Below are positions 14,070 through 27,294 of a DNA stretch of 64,000 bases, in pieces. Made by a program: the position numbers and the translations under genes. Where the stretch lies: the NCBI GenBank assembly GCA_012295275.1, contig CM022672.1:558001-622000 (forward strand), given 5' to 3'. The notes below the pieces were generated by a model. It had not been told where the DNA came from and searched no databases. It saw nothing but the letters and a program-made list of their open reading frames with translations. The DNA comes from Chrysomallon squamiferum. Its lineage: Eukaryota > Animalia > Mollusca. Within the stretch, counting starts at the first letter, position 1. Each line of letters begins with the position of its first letter.

Positions 14070-14465
14070 ACAGCTGTGTTGTTACATTGTTACTTTATGT
14101 TACAGTGGTTGTAATTAACACAAAACAATCATTGTGTGACACAGCTGTGTTACTTTACATCAGTAGTTGTATTTAACACAAAACAATCATTGTGTGACAC
14201 AGCTGTGTTACTTTACATCGTTGGTTGTAATTAACACAAAACAATCATTGTGTAACACAGCTGTGTTACTTTACATTAGTAGTTGTAATTAACACAAAAC
14301 AATCATTGTGTGGCACAGCTGTTAGTTGTAATTAACACAAAACAATCATTGTGTAACACAGCTGTGTTACTTTACATTAGTAGTTGTAATTAACACAAAA
14401 CAATCATTGTGTGGCACAACTGTGTTACTTTATGCTACAGTGGTTGTAATTAACACAAAACAATA
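14070..14465. repeat. ~58-bp tandem repeat, ~6 copies
   Basis: CAGCTGTGTTACTTTACATTAGTAGTTGTAATTAACACAAAACAATCATTGTGT. Confidence 0.9.
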
Positions 14466-15308
14466 ACAGTGATCAATATGAAATATATTATGCTGCACAT
14501 TATTTTCTGTGGTTGAACATTAAAATTTTGTTTGTGGAAAATACTAAATATTGCTATATTCTGTGTTGTATCATTAAATCTTTTATGTTATTAAATTGTG
14601 TTGTGTTTAAGTTAACATTGTTATATTCTGTGCTGATTTATTAAATTATTTGTGTTGTGGTTCAGTGTTATCATGGTTATATTTTGATTGCATGTTAAAA
14701 AAGTGATATGTTTTTTTAAAGTGGTTAATATGATGAGGGAACAAGAAAGTTTTCCACAGAAAAACAAACAAACAAACAATTAAAAAAAAAAAAAAAAAAA
14801 AATAAAATAAAAATAAAAATAAATAAAATAAAAAACAACAGTGAAAATGTTTTAAAAAAAAGAAAGAAGAAAATATGAAATTTACATTTGTAACAATACA
14901 ATTATGTAATTATCTGACACTGTACAAGACAACTGTAAAATGATTTCAGGACAAAATATGATAAATCTCACTGTAAAATCCTCATTACAGAAACAAGGAA
15001 ATATTCCAAGTTGTTGATTTTGACAGACTAGTTTGTGTAAAAAGTAAAAGAACAATAACAAATTCAGACATGCACTGTTCACTTTTCAAAATGCCCTCTG
15101 GAATTCTACCAGTCTGCCCTCTGTGGCAGATCTGAGATAATTTCAATTTTGTAACAAACACACGTTACTGTGGATTTTATTTTTACATCAAATTCACTCT
15201 AAATTCCATATATTAAAATATGAGTGTAGAAAATTATATGTGACAATGAAAAACAAAGATTTTAAATTTATTTTAAAAACTGAAAACTGAAATCATATTC
15301 ATTTGTTG

Positions 15309-15340
<32 letters not shown>

Positions 15341-16477
15341 TAAATGAAAAAAGAAAAAGAATACATTTTTAAATTATTTTGAAAGCTAATGTGGTGTGTA
15401 TAAAAACGTGTATTTAAAAACACAGGTTTTCCAATGAGCTAATTAACTAAATGCAGGATAGGAGTTCTGTAAGCAAGCCAGTTTGTAAATATCTTGTTCC
15501 CACAGCAAAATATTAAATAAATGGAATAAAAAAAATAAAAAAATAAATCAGTCCAGCTGACTATGATTGTGTTTTAACCCCAAACCCACAAGTACTATAA
15601 TTATTACTTACATAATATGTGAAGAGAATAACGACTTTAGTTAACTCTATCTATTAATAAGATTAATTAACCCTTCACTTCTGTGACATAGTCAACTTAC
15701 AAAATGTCCCAAATGCCACAAAGAAATGAACTACCATTTACTGCTAACAAAACATTACTAGTGAAGAATGTTAAGGAGTTAATGAACTCAGTAAACAGTT
15801 TCATTGCTGATGTTTGAAAAAAGTCCAGGAAGTGAAAGGGTTAAATTAAAAGCTCAGCTGAAATATATGTAAGTACAAAATTTTAAAAAGAGCAACATGT
15901 ACAAACACATCTCATTACACTAGGCATAAACTATTTTAAATAAAAAAGCAGTGGGATAAATATATGTTCAAATGAATCCATTACAAGCAGGGATAAATTT
16001 AAAATTTGATACTTTTCAGTTCTGTAAATTACAATCTCATCTGAAAATTTAAAAGAACAAAAGAAGAAGATTACCTAATTTCATTTAGCAGTTTAAATTA
16101 CCGTTTAAATATAATTATGATTTTAGCTTTAGACAAGTCTATGAATTCTTATAAAATTAAAAATATTTCATTCTTTAATTTACAACAACAGTTAAAAATA
16201 TTGTTCAATTGATGGAGATATCCAAAATCAAAGGTATCAAAAAATATTTCAACAAGTGAAAAAATGGGAAACATTTTGTAAATTTCAAAGATAGATCATT
16301 TTGATTATAATAATATTAATAATAATAATAAAAAAATAAAACAGTACAAATCAAGTCAATAAATACATAAACTGATAAAGTTAAAACTTCTATGTTTATT
16401 AAAAGAATATTTTGTAGAAAATTTGACTTTGGTGTGAAGATGAGATTCTGACTGTGAGTGTTCACACTTGTTGTCTC

Positions 16478-16617
16478 TTACTCTACAATCTCGACGTAGT
16501 TTGCTGGAAACATGCCGCGGGTTCCATCTGGTCCTGTTCCAAGCCACCAGCCAGGGTCAATCTGATCTATGTGTGTTATCATGTCACCAGGGTCAAAGGT
16601 TATCTCTGTGTCATCAG
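16478..16617 (-). CDS. DBNL: DBNL exon 13 (SH3, stop)
   Basis: [49 protein letters not shown]. Confidence 0.93.
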
Positions 16618-19600
16618 CTACAACACAGACATCAGTTTTACATGTACTACTTACACATCTTCATAATGTACAGACACACATACATCAAAAATATATATAC
16701 ATCATATAAATATTTATACATATACACACACACGCACACATTTATACAAAATTAAATACAATAAAGCTATAATTAACCTGATCATTTCATTATTAATTGT
16801 TTTCTTAAGTTCTATCTGATATATTTATATGTTATAAAACAGTTCATGTAAACAATTTAAACTTTGATCTTAATTACACTTTATTAGTTAATAAATTAGG
16901 CAATAACAATAATGTATATAGGGCAACATATAATTAGCCTGTAAACATGATCCACTCCCACTCCCTAAACAGATGTAACATGATCCATCCCAACTAATCA
17001 TAGATGTAACATGATTCATTCTCACTAACCATATGTATGTAACAATTCACCCCCACACAGAACTAACTTGACTGATCCCCACTCAATAAACAGATGAAAC
17101 CCCAACAAGAAAACTGCACAGACCTGCCTGGTAGTCATACATTGCCACTGCACACAGACCCTTGTCTTCTGGTGATGATGTGATCATTGTTGCTGAGGTA
17201 GTCTGATCTAGTCCATTCACTTCTGTGCTGACTGCTGATGGAGAAAAATCTTCCTGTGTTGGTTCTAGAATTAGTCAAAAAACAGTGAGATGTAAGTGTT
17301 TTTTAGATTAAATAAAACATACAATTGTAAATGTAATTCTAGAATTAGTAAAACAGATATGAAGTGTTAACTTTAAATGTAGTTAGTTTTTACAAAAACT
17401 GTTTATTCAAATTGTATAAACAAACAAATCTATTTTTTTTCAAACTTGGAGAAAAAAAAATTAAACAAAAAGCTTTAGTTTAGTTCCTGAGTATTTGATT
17501 ACAAAGACCAAACAATATAATAACAGTACAATAACAATAACAATAATAAAAATAAAACTTTCCACATATTTATTTAACAAGCTAAAGTAACAAACAGATT
17601 TTTAATTTTTTTTTTAGTCACAATAGGAAAATACAACTATTTCATCAAGTGATATGGGCTTTAATAACATATACACATAAAAAATAAACAAACAATAAGT
17701 TTACACATAAAATAACAAGTAAAATAATTAACAGTTTGAGTTTTTACCGTCCCAGTTCTGAGTTTCATCTTCTTCTTCAGACTCCTGTCTCGCTGGCAGG
17801 TTTTCACGCAGCAGGTTTCTGGTGGCAGGTTGCTGAACCATCGCTTCTGGTTCATGCCTAATTTCTGGTTCATGCCTAACTTCTGGTTCATGTCTAACTT
17901 CTGGTTCATGCCTAATTTCTGGTTCATGCCTAACTTCTGGTTCATGCCTAACTTCTGGTTCATGCCTAACTTCTGGTTCATGCCTAACTTCTGGTTCTCT
18001 CGGAGGTTCTGCTTGTCTCATTGGTTTTCTTGGAGGCTCTTCTTCTACATGCTGCGGTTGCTGTTGCAATGGTGGTGATGGTGAATGTTCCCGCTGTGAT
18101 GGTGCTGATGGTGTGGCATTATCATTATCATCACCTTTTGTGAGGAAACCATCTCGAATTTTCCTATAAACAAATCACAGACTATGTTATTACTGAAATG
18201 TATGTCACTAATTATAACAGAGAGTATATTATATTTATTCAGATAGCTAGATATAGAGATAAATACACAGGTATAACATATCATGAAATATAATAGAGAG
18301 TAATAAAATATAATAAAGATTACATTACACACACACACTACTTATTGCTCAAATGTCTACACACCGAGGTGGGGGAGGGGCACGTGCATCTGCAGGTCTC
18401 TCAATACTCTTTTGTTTGAAAAATTCTCTTGCTGATCTTGTTGTCTGACTGGCTAGTCTAGATGCTTCCTGCATAATAAATAAAAAATAAATCAATAACT
18501 CAAAAAAAAATTCAATTGTTAAATAAAAATATAAGTAAGATAATTAAAAAATAAAAATTAAAAACAATTTTTTGAGGTTCACTGTTTGCTTTAAGAAAAG
18601 CACCGAATCCTTTCATCCAACCAAAAATGTCTTTATTCAATGATCAAACAAGAGAAATGTTGATAAATATATTCTCTGAGCCAATTAAAATAAAAGCGTT
18701 GATTATCAACATTTAAAAAAAAACAAAAAAAAAACTGAAATTAAAAAAGAAGAAAATTCAGAGAAAATAAATTAATGAAAAAGTACATCAAGTTAATATT
18801 ATGTTGTTTATATAAATACAGCACATTGCTATTTAACTATAGATTCAGCTAATTTTAGATTCCATAAACCAATGAATTGTTTTTAGAGATAAAGAAAGTA
18901 GAAGACAGACTCACTGCAGCTCGCTGTTTTCTCAGAGACTCGCTGCGAGTTCGACGTTCTTCATCATCTTTGTACAGCTGTTCTTGTTCTTGTTCCTATT
19001 ACAACAACAACAATAATTATAATGATGACGATGATAAAATAATAATGGTAATACTGATATTACTACAATTAATAACAATTAACAAAGGACAGTAATAAAA
19101 GTCTAAATCAATTAAACATAAAACACTACTTTGTTGTTTTTTTGTCTTTACACAGCATAAAATAATAATTCAAAAATTAACTTTTCTAAATTTAATATTC
19201 AAATTCAGTAACAAAACAAAAACTGAGATAAACAGTTAGTTAAAGATAACTACAGTTTATCAAATATTAATTAAAAAATGAAGGATCACTGCTTACTTTG
19301 AAAAGAAAAAAAGAAAGGGCAGAAAAGTAGATATAAAGGGCAGTAACTGCAAAGTTGGGGAAAACAACAAGAACAACAAAAAACCTCAACCTTTTTTAAA
19401 AGTAATTTCTAAAATGAAATATCTGAAAAAGTTACTATTTCTGAAAATGTAAAAACTTAATAAAAGAAGGAAAAAGAAAACTGACCCATTTTTTCTTGTC
19501 TGCATCTTTTTCATTCGACTCTGAAAATCTCTCTGCTCGTTTTTGTTCATTTACTGCTTTCATTCTTTCCATCATCCTCTTATCTCTCTCCCTTGCCTCC

Positions 19601-22003
19601 CTCTCCTGTGAAAAAAAAAACACACTTTTATAAAACATCCACTCACACCACAATAATCCAATACTTAACTAACTTGTACAAAAACACTGAAACTCTCTAC
19701 ATGTCTATAAAGTCTTAATTTATGAGTAGTTCTGAACATCTGCATTTTCAAGCTGAGCGTTCTGGTTCAAATACTGTATAAAGAAATTTAATTATCTACA
19801 GCATTTGGTTCACTGCATGTTTCAAGCTATGGATATTCATCAACTGACAAAACAGGTTGAAAACTGTAAGTGTGTTATTTTTGTGAAATGATCACACACC
19901 TCTCTTTCTTTTGTCTCTTTCTCCAGCTTCTCTTTTTCTTCTTGTGCTTTTCTTCTCTCTGCCTCCCGCCTCTCTTTCTCTTCTTGCTGAAGAAATAAAA
20001 TACATCTAAATTCCATTAGCTAGCTGCTCATAATAATAAAAAATAAAAATAAATGCAGACATTAATAATCTGAGGCAGCAGAGGGAAATATTTTCAGTAA
20101 AAGGAAATCATGCAGCCAATTCAAAATTTATTAAATAAAAAGTAAAAACAAACTTAGAAGTCAATTTAGCCAATAAACTGTACAATATGCAAAAAATAAC
20201 CAATGAAGATCAATGTTGCAAAAAGAAGACAGCCAATGAAAACTGACCTCTGTTTTAGCCCAGAACTGATCTCGACTTTTTCCACGCAGCTCTTTGTGTG
20301 GCACTGTTTTCTTGTACGTTGTCCCCTGGAACACAGAGTAATCATTTCCAGTTTCAGTAAATTATGTTTTTAAAAATGTTTAAGTTAAAAATAGAACATG
20401 TTATAAAGACAAAAATGACATGTAAATGTCACATATAAAATGATAAAAATGACATCAGATACAGAAGTGAGGGGAAATAAGCCTCTGAATTACTTTTTTT
20501 TTCATTAGTCTGGATCACTACTGTTATTTTCTGCAGGTATTACTGGTCTACTGTGAGACTGGTGTTTCATTCTGTCTATGAGAAGGTAGAAGTTTCCTTG
20601 TTCATTATCACTAATTGAAACACAACATGCTTCCTCTCACAACATTGTTAATATACAAACAACTTACTTAAACTGGAAATCTAGTAAAACAAATTGAAAT
20701 GTTAAAGTTAATGATACATTTTTTTTTAAAAATAACAATGGTATGAGATTGAGTATATAAATTATTTGAGTAGCTTTATCTCACCACTGGTTGTGGAGCC
20801 TCTACTGGTTTGGCTTCCTCCTTGTGAAAACTGTAGTTACTTCCTGAAGACTTGGCAACTTGCTGCAAAATCTCATCAGCCTCCACGTCCATCTCCGTCC
20901 TAGCATTGATAGTGATGTGAATTGTCTGAAGCAAAATTAATTATTTATGAAACCACAAACAAAAATTAAACAAGTAAACTGAGAAAAATCAGGTGTGTTT
21001 GGGATCATATGATCACATTCAAAATAATAAAATTAAATTGTTAGCAACCTCACAATTTGTTTTTTGTGGCACAACAAAGTATTATATAAAATAATTAATA
21101 TGTATTACAGCTACTTTATGTAACTATTGATCTGGAATTTTAACCAAACAGCTACCTATTATCTACTGATGATAACTGTTACTAGGCAGAGGAAAAAAAT
21201 TAAAACTGAAAGATATAAATAAAATATTATTTACCTTTAAAAAAGACTTCATTTCGTTCAGATGTCGAGTACATTTCATCTTGAAATTCTCTGGAGACCC
21301 CTCACCCTGCTGTAGGTTTGAAATAAATGTTAACACATCCAAAATCTGAAACATTTTCTAAGCAGCAGAAATAGTGATTTCTAAAATTGTTTTGCATGTC
21401 CACAAACTTTATTTTATGCATAAAATTATTAAATGTTTATAGAAAAAAATCCTTCAGACTTGTTGTATAAGCTATACATAAAATGTAAATGGAACTTGAG
21501 ATTTAGCTCCTACTCTCATGCTATTTCCTTATATTCCAAAATTGGAAACATTTCAAGTCCCAAGTATTTTCAACCTATAATCATTGTTTACAACGTACAA
21601 CAGGAAATGTTTATAGTTAAATGTGAAAGTGTCATTCTGTAATTACATATTTATATAGCAATGTTTTAAGTTATTCTGACATATGTACTTTCATACTGAT
21701 GTGTGTATTGTAATAATAGTACTGTTACCACAGTTCAGACAACACAATCATATTTATTTAATTACAGCAAACATTTGTATGTGTACAGCAATAAAACACT
21801 AATAAAACAACATGATACAAATTACATAGCACACATAACACAGTAGCCTCCAGCATTTAGATTAATGAAGTTATACATGAAATTAATAATTTAATGAGCA
21901 CGATGAATATTTCTGACAGAATAATTTGATACTTGTTTACATTTTTCCACTGTTTTAGCCTGACCACTTAACCAGAACCATTTCCCTTTTCACAGTATAA
22001 TTG

Positions 22004-22058
<55 letters not shown>

Positions 22059-23882
22059 TACTGATTTAATGTTTTAAAACTAGTAATAATCTTGTATGAG
22101 TGGGAAAACAACACTGAAATATTATTATTATTATTTTACTCTAGTCCAAGGTACACAATTTTGTTAGTTTAAAACTGGAATGAAATGTTAAAATTATAAT
22201 CTTACCCAGTTTATGAAGACAAATTTTGGAAGACCAGTGTTTGGATCGTTTACTCGCACGTAGGCGTACATGATCTTGCCACTGTTTAGTTCTTCAGCCA
22301 TTTCTTCAATCCCTCCATCTTGAAAAACAAACAAACATAAATTATATTAAACATTATCAGTGACATGAAAATGTTCAGTCTGTAATTATCAATACAGATT
22401 CACAACTTGACAAAAAAATTAATGAATAAAAAACATTCTGTTTTTTAATGTTATTATATATAATAAAAATAATATTCAAGATAAAAGATAAAACTCATCT
22501 GATATTTAAAAGTAATAATTTTAAAAATATTCTTTTGAACTGAACTAAATAAGGACATATGTACTTCTATAATCTTTTATATGTGCAAGATTACACAGAT
22601 ATATAACAAAAAGGAAAAGAAACAACCAACCAACCAAACAAGCAAATAAATAAACAAATAATAAGAGAAAATTCAAAATATGGATATCGCTATATCTATC
22701 CATATCTATATATATATCTGTATACATAATAATAATAATAATAAACAAAAATAAATACCTCCAGTTCCATAGACTTTGATAACAGCTGACTGGCCCTGGT
22801 AGCCAAATACAACCCTACAACGTCAAACAGAAAATACTTTATCATACTAACATTTTATTTATAATTTAAATTTCAGACATATATTAATATTCAGTTGGTT
22901 ATTTAGATTTTTTGCTAAAAGTCAAAAATGACACAGTGAATGAGTGATATCTATCAGGTAGCACTTTCCCACTAAGTATAAATCATAAAGGTGATTTTGT
23001 TTTCCCATAATGTGTCATTATGTGAGCTTTAAAATAACATCTTTATTCTGTAGTAGAAACACTTTATTTTATATCACTCAGATCATGTTTCACCAAAAAT
23101 ATAACAATGTTATGAATGTATAAAGCTAACTGTAAGGCAATGTGCAATCTCTTATAATCACACGTAAATGTACAAAGTACAAACTGATAAAAACAATTAA
23201 AATTAAAAAGAAAATTAACCATGACATTTATATATGTATAAACTTCCTCATAAGCTTAAATAGTATTAAGTTATATAGATATTTTTTCTCTCAGTATTTA
23301 AACTAAATAATAAAATATTGATATGTTCATTGTGGTAACACTGGTGTACATTTATACTGAACTTTTCAGGGCTTTATGTCACTGCTTACATTGAATTCTT
23401 GATTTCACTTTTATATATTACAATTGTTAATGCAGAAATGGGCACAAAAATAAATAAAATAAATTAAAAATAGGAAATGAATCACTTCTTATTTATTTCA
23501 AGAACTGCATTTTTATACATCGGTTTTCGTTTTCATCGTATTTTTCCCTTCTTCTTTTAAAATTTGTAGTTATTTTAAAATTATTATTGATTATTATTTC
23601 ATTTTATGTAATTTTTTAAAATAATAAAACTACAACTCTGAATGACACATACTTTAGTCACCAGGAAGTTCTAAAAAAAGGCGGAAGTAACAGTAACATG
23701 TCTTCCATTCCCCTTATGAAAAACTTGCTCACAAAATACACAACTACACATTTCATACTGTACGAACCATTGTAAATGTAGATAATATGCAAAACCTACC
23801 AGTTTGTATTTGTTTTGTCGTTCACAACATCGTTGTATGCTTTGATAATAGCATCCTGATTTTTCCTCAAGTCGATCGACAT
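16478..23882 (-). CDS. DBNL: Drebrin-like protein / actin-binding protein 1 (ADF-H ... SH3), 13 coding exons, 544 aa
   Basis: Exons 23800-23882, 22759-22814, 22206-22318, 21235-21309, 20785-20925, 20248-20325, 19900-19986, 19486-19605, 18915-18995, 18365-18468, 17748-18163, 17124-17264, 16478-16617 all have GT-AG ends with compatible phases (1635 nt in total). N-terminus [33 protein letters not shown]...[33 protein letters not shown] is an ADF-H domain. C-terminus [55 protein letters not shown] is an SH3 domain. Confidence 0.95.
17124..17264 (-). CDS. DBNL: DBNL exon 12
   Basis: [12 protein letters not shown]...[15 protein letters not shown]|GTCTGT. Confidence 0.9.
17748..18163 (-). CDS. DBNL: DBNL exon 11 (linker with [VI]RHEPE x8)
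   Basis: tatag|[10 protein letters not shown]...PPREPE(VRHEPE)n...[11 protein letters not shown]|GTAAAA; open frame matches ORF 17728..18069. Confidence 0.88.
17845..18000 (-). repeat. Coding 18-bp tandem repeat ([VI]RHEPE x8)
   Basis: TTCTGGTTCATGCCTAAC units inside DBNL exon 11. Confidence 0.95.
18365..18468 (-). CDS. DBNL: DBNL exon 10
   Basis: [34 protein letters not shown](R)|GTGTGT. Confidence 0.88.
18915..18995 (-). CDS. DBNL: DBNL exon 9
   Basis: [27 protein letters not shown]|GTGAGT. Confidence 0.88.
19486..19605 (-). CDS. DBNL: DBNL exon 8
   Basis: [40 protein letters not shown]|GTCAGT. Confidence 0.88.
19900..19986 (-). CDS. DBNL: DBNL exon 7
   Basis: [29 protein letters not shown]|GTGTGT (charged helix). 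Confidence 0.88.
20248..20325 (-). CDS. DBNL: DBNL exon 6
   Basis: [26 protein letters not shown]|GTCAGT. Confidence 0.9.
20785..20925 (-). CDS. DBNL: DBNL exon 5
   Basis: [47 protein letters not shown]|GTGAGA. Confidence 0.92.
21235..21309 (-). CDS. DBNL: DBNL exon 4
   Basis: [25 protein letters not shown]|GTAAAT; the acceptor is NAGNAG (cagCAG). Confidence 0.9.
22206..22318 (-). CDS. DBNL: DBNL exon 3
   Basis: [38 protein letters not shown]|GTAAG. Confidence 0.92.
22759..22814 (-). CDS. DBNL: DBNL exon 2
   Basis: ttgtag|(W)[18 protein letters not shown]|GTATTT. Confidence 0.9.
23800..23882 (-). CDS. DBNL: DBNL exon 1
   Basis: ATG...[27 protein letters not shown](W), donor TG|GTAGGT. 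Confidence 0.9.
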
Positions 23883-24023
23883 CGTGAACAAGTGCCGTGT
23901 GCGCTCTACGTAATCAAAACTGGGCTTACTCTCCAAATGTCGGCAAGTTCGGGCGATTCTCATTGTAAATAATAAAAACCGGTGCATCTTTGGATTGACG
24001 ATTTACAATTGCAAATGGTGTGC

Positions 24024-24103
<80 letters not shown>

Positions 24104-24622
24104 GCCTATTGATAGAATTAAAAGATTACAAAGAAATAAAAAAGAAACATCTTAATGCTGTTATGTATATCTTAACTTTTATATATATAATATATATAAA
24201 ATAAAATTGATAATAAATTATTACTAACATTTTAAAACACAATAGTCTAAATAGAAAAAAAAAAAAAAAAAATAATAATAATAAATAAATAAATATAAAA
24301 AAAAAAAAAAAAGTAATCAGGAGCAATATAAAAATCAGTGGCGTGTAGAGGGGAGCCAAAGGGGCGGTGTCCACGGGCATCCAAATGGGTGAAAAGAACT
24401 TAAATTTGGTTGATTTATAGTTAAATCAAATAAAGTGTTTATTTTATGTTTCATCTGTGTTTGCATATTCAAAATCGCTTCCTTTCTCATAACATTTCTC
24501 AGTACTCCTTTTACTTTGTGGCATACAATCAAGGAGTTGCCACTGATTAAAATCATCATCACATTTCTTTAAAATGTTTGTAACTGTCCTAAGATAATAA
24601 AACCGTCTAATTTATATTTGAT

Positions 24623-24671
<49 letters not shown>

Positions 24672-24700
24672 TAATAAAATAAAACAAATAAGTTCAAAAT

Positions 24701-24752
<52 letters not shown>

Positions 24753-24993
24753 CATAATAATATAAATGAAAACTGAAAGTGATTAAGTAATTCAATTACA
24801 CATGTTACTAACACATTTCGCCAGAATGTGGAATACGTCATAACGATATGTTCTTTTTATAGTAGGAATATATAACCGGAAGTAGATTTACATTGTTGAC
24901 ATATTACGCTTTCATGCTCTTTGGAGTTTTATTGAGATTCCTTTGTGAATGGCAAGAAACTAAATAACAGCTGTGAAGACAATAAACGCGAAG
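23883..24993. promoter_or_regulatory. Probable bidirectional promoter region for DBNL and RhoBTB
   Basis: Divergent genes; CpG-enriched patches near 23870-23985 and 24815-25130; ETS motif CCGGAAGT at 24876; candidate 5'UTR donor AAG|GTTGGT at 24993. Confidence 0.5.
24336..24545. mobile_element. hAT-type MITE (~210 bp)
   Basis: Inverted termini CAGTGGC...GCCACTG flanked by a near-identical 8-bp TSD (ATAAAAAT / ATTAAAAT). Confidence 0.7.
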
Positions 24994-26791
24994 GTTGGTA
25001 AACAAATACAATGTATTTTCGAAGCATCTGCTTTTCTGTTTATAGATGTTTTTAAATGTGACTGACATTGGCATGAGTGTATCCAGTATCAGACGATCAT
25101 TATCTATCTTTCCAACGTTACGAACGTACATCTTAATTTTACATTTTAAATTATTTTTGTTAAGTTTGTTCTAAATGAACATCTGACGACATGAAATTCA
25201 ATAAGTAATTGTTTTTTTCTGATAACATATATACTCTTGTCAAAATATGTTACAAAAGAACCCCTTTAGGAAAAGTATTATTGTTTTTGAGGCTGGTGGA
25301 TTCATTCAGAATCATTGTTTACATTCTTATAACTAGTAATTGTAGGCATAATATTAATGATAATAATAATAATAATCTAGTCATATCCACAGTACTTAAC
25401 TGAGCATTGCTGAAAACAAAAAAAAAAAAAAATAGAAACAGATTATTATTATTATTATTTGAATACCAGAGAATTTGTAAATAAATAAATCTGAATTATC
25501 ATGATTGTAAATTATTTTATTCAGTTTTACAAGATTGTCCCAAGCACCCTTTACAGCTTAATGATTATCAGCATTTGTATTTTACTTTCAGTAAATAGTA
25601 TTATCAGATGTAAGAACTGATAATATGTATTATGTGAAAACTATATTAATTTCATTTAAATATCTTAGAAAATTTTGAAGGTAAATTTTATATATTAAGA
25701 AAAATAATTAGTAAAATATAATAATAATAATAATAAATAAAAAATAAAATTATTAATATATTAATGAAAATAAAAACATTAGTTGTATATAAGATAATAA
25801 TAAAATATAAATAGATTAAAATTTAATGATGATAAATCAAGTGTGTGTGTGTGTGTGGTTTTTAAATAAGTGACAATTAAAAATAGAAATAATATCTGTC
25901 TTAAATATCATTTATTTATTTGTTTCTGTTTGTCACTAACTGTGTCAAGTTATTATTCAGCAACTAACACTGATCTGATTCACATAAAAAAAAAAAACAC
26001 ACACAAAAAACAGGTTGATGAATCTGTTGTCATGTTATTGAGATAGAAACATGAAAATGTAGCCTGCTATGGATAAGACCAGAGAAGGCTTCAGGGATTT
26101 TTTTTTTTTTTTTTTTTTTTTTCTCAGTTATGTATCTAGGCTTGTTGCCAATTCAGATAGACATCTCAATATAGTGACACCTGTCATGTATCACAGAGAA
26201 GCTGTACACACATCCTATTAATTGAGTAATATCTTTTTATACTGACTTCTCTTATTATTAGTAGTTACAGATGTATTTTTAATTATTTATTTTATTTTAT
26301 TGGTTGTCATTTTTTAACTTTGATTACATTAAGCATCATCAATCAAAAAAAAAGGTGTCATTGAACTTTGAAGATTGCTTTTTCAATGTAGTCTGTATTT
26401 TACTTTTGACACAGGTACCTTGTTTAGAGAAACATATTTAATAAACAAAGTATTTATATATTACTTGTAATATAATAATAATAATAATAATATATATGAT
26501 TATAATTATGATGATAACATAATTATATGTTAGGAAAAGACTGTGGAACTGGAAATAAAATTGAATATTGAACTTTTATTGATAAAATTATATATAACAT
26601 GAATAGGGTTTTAATTCAGCATGTATAATTCATAAAAAATTTTTTTTTTAAGAGGGTTCAAGCACGCTTGATGTGGTTGTTTACTTGCTAAAACTTTTAA
26701 CCCACATTTTAACATATATTTGATGAGAATTAAACAAAACTGTTAATTGACTTGTTAACACACTTGATTTCAGAAGCAAGTGATGCCTTAA

Positions 26792-26983
26792 ATGAATAAA
26801 ATGGTGAATCAACAGCAGGGACAAAATGAAATTATCAAGTGTGTCCTGGTTGGTGACTCCGGAGTGGGCAAGACGTGTCTGGTGTGTGCCTGGGCCTGCA
26901 ATGCCAAGTACGACCTCAAAAGTCTGGTCAAGTCTCACGCAGCCACCGTGTGGGCTACTGACCACTACAGACAAGACAAAGAG
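26792..26983 (+). CDS. RHOBTB: RhoBTB coding exon 1 (P-loop)
   Basis: Acceptor tttcag ends at 26773, ATG at 26792, GDSGVGKT, donor GAG|GTACAA. Confidence 0.9.
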
Positions 26984-27225
26984 GTACAAAAATTATAATA
27001 ATTAATAATAAATAATAATAATAATAATAATAAAATAACAACAACAACAACAGTAATAATAAAAAAAGATTAAAAAAACTTGTGCATATATGTATGCACA
27101 CAAATAAATGCATACATACATATTGGCATGTGGTGTGTTGCAAGTACAATGGTATTTTTTTTGTGTTGCGGGTACTAGATATATATATATATATATATAT
27201 ATATTACTGGTATGTATTATGTTAC

Positions 27226-27294
<69 letters not shown>

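Noticed and set aside
20490-20612. Extra alternative DBNL exon in intron 5
   Set aside because: Candidate acceptors lead to immediate in-frame stops and there is no good donor.
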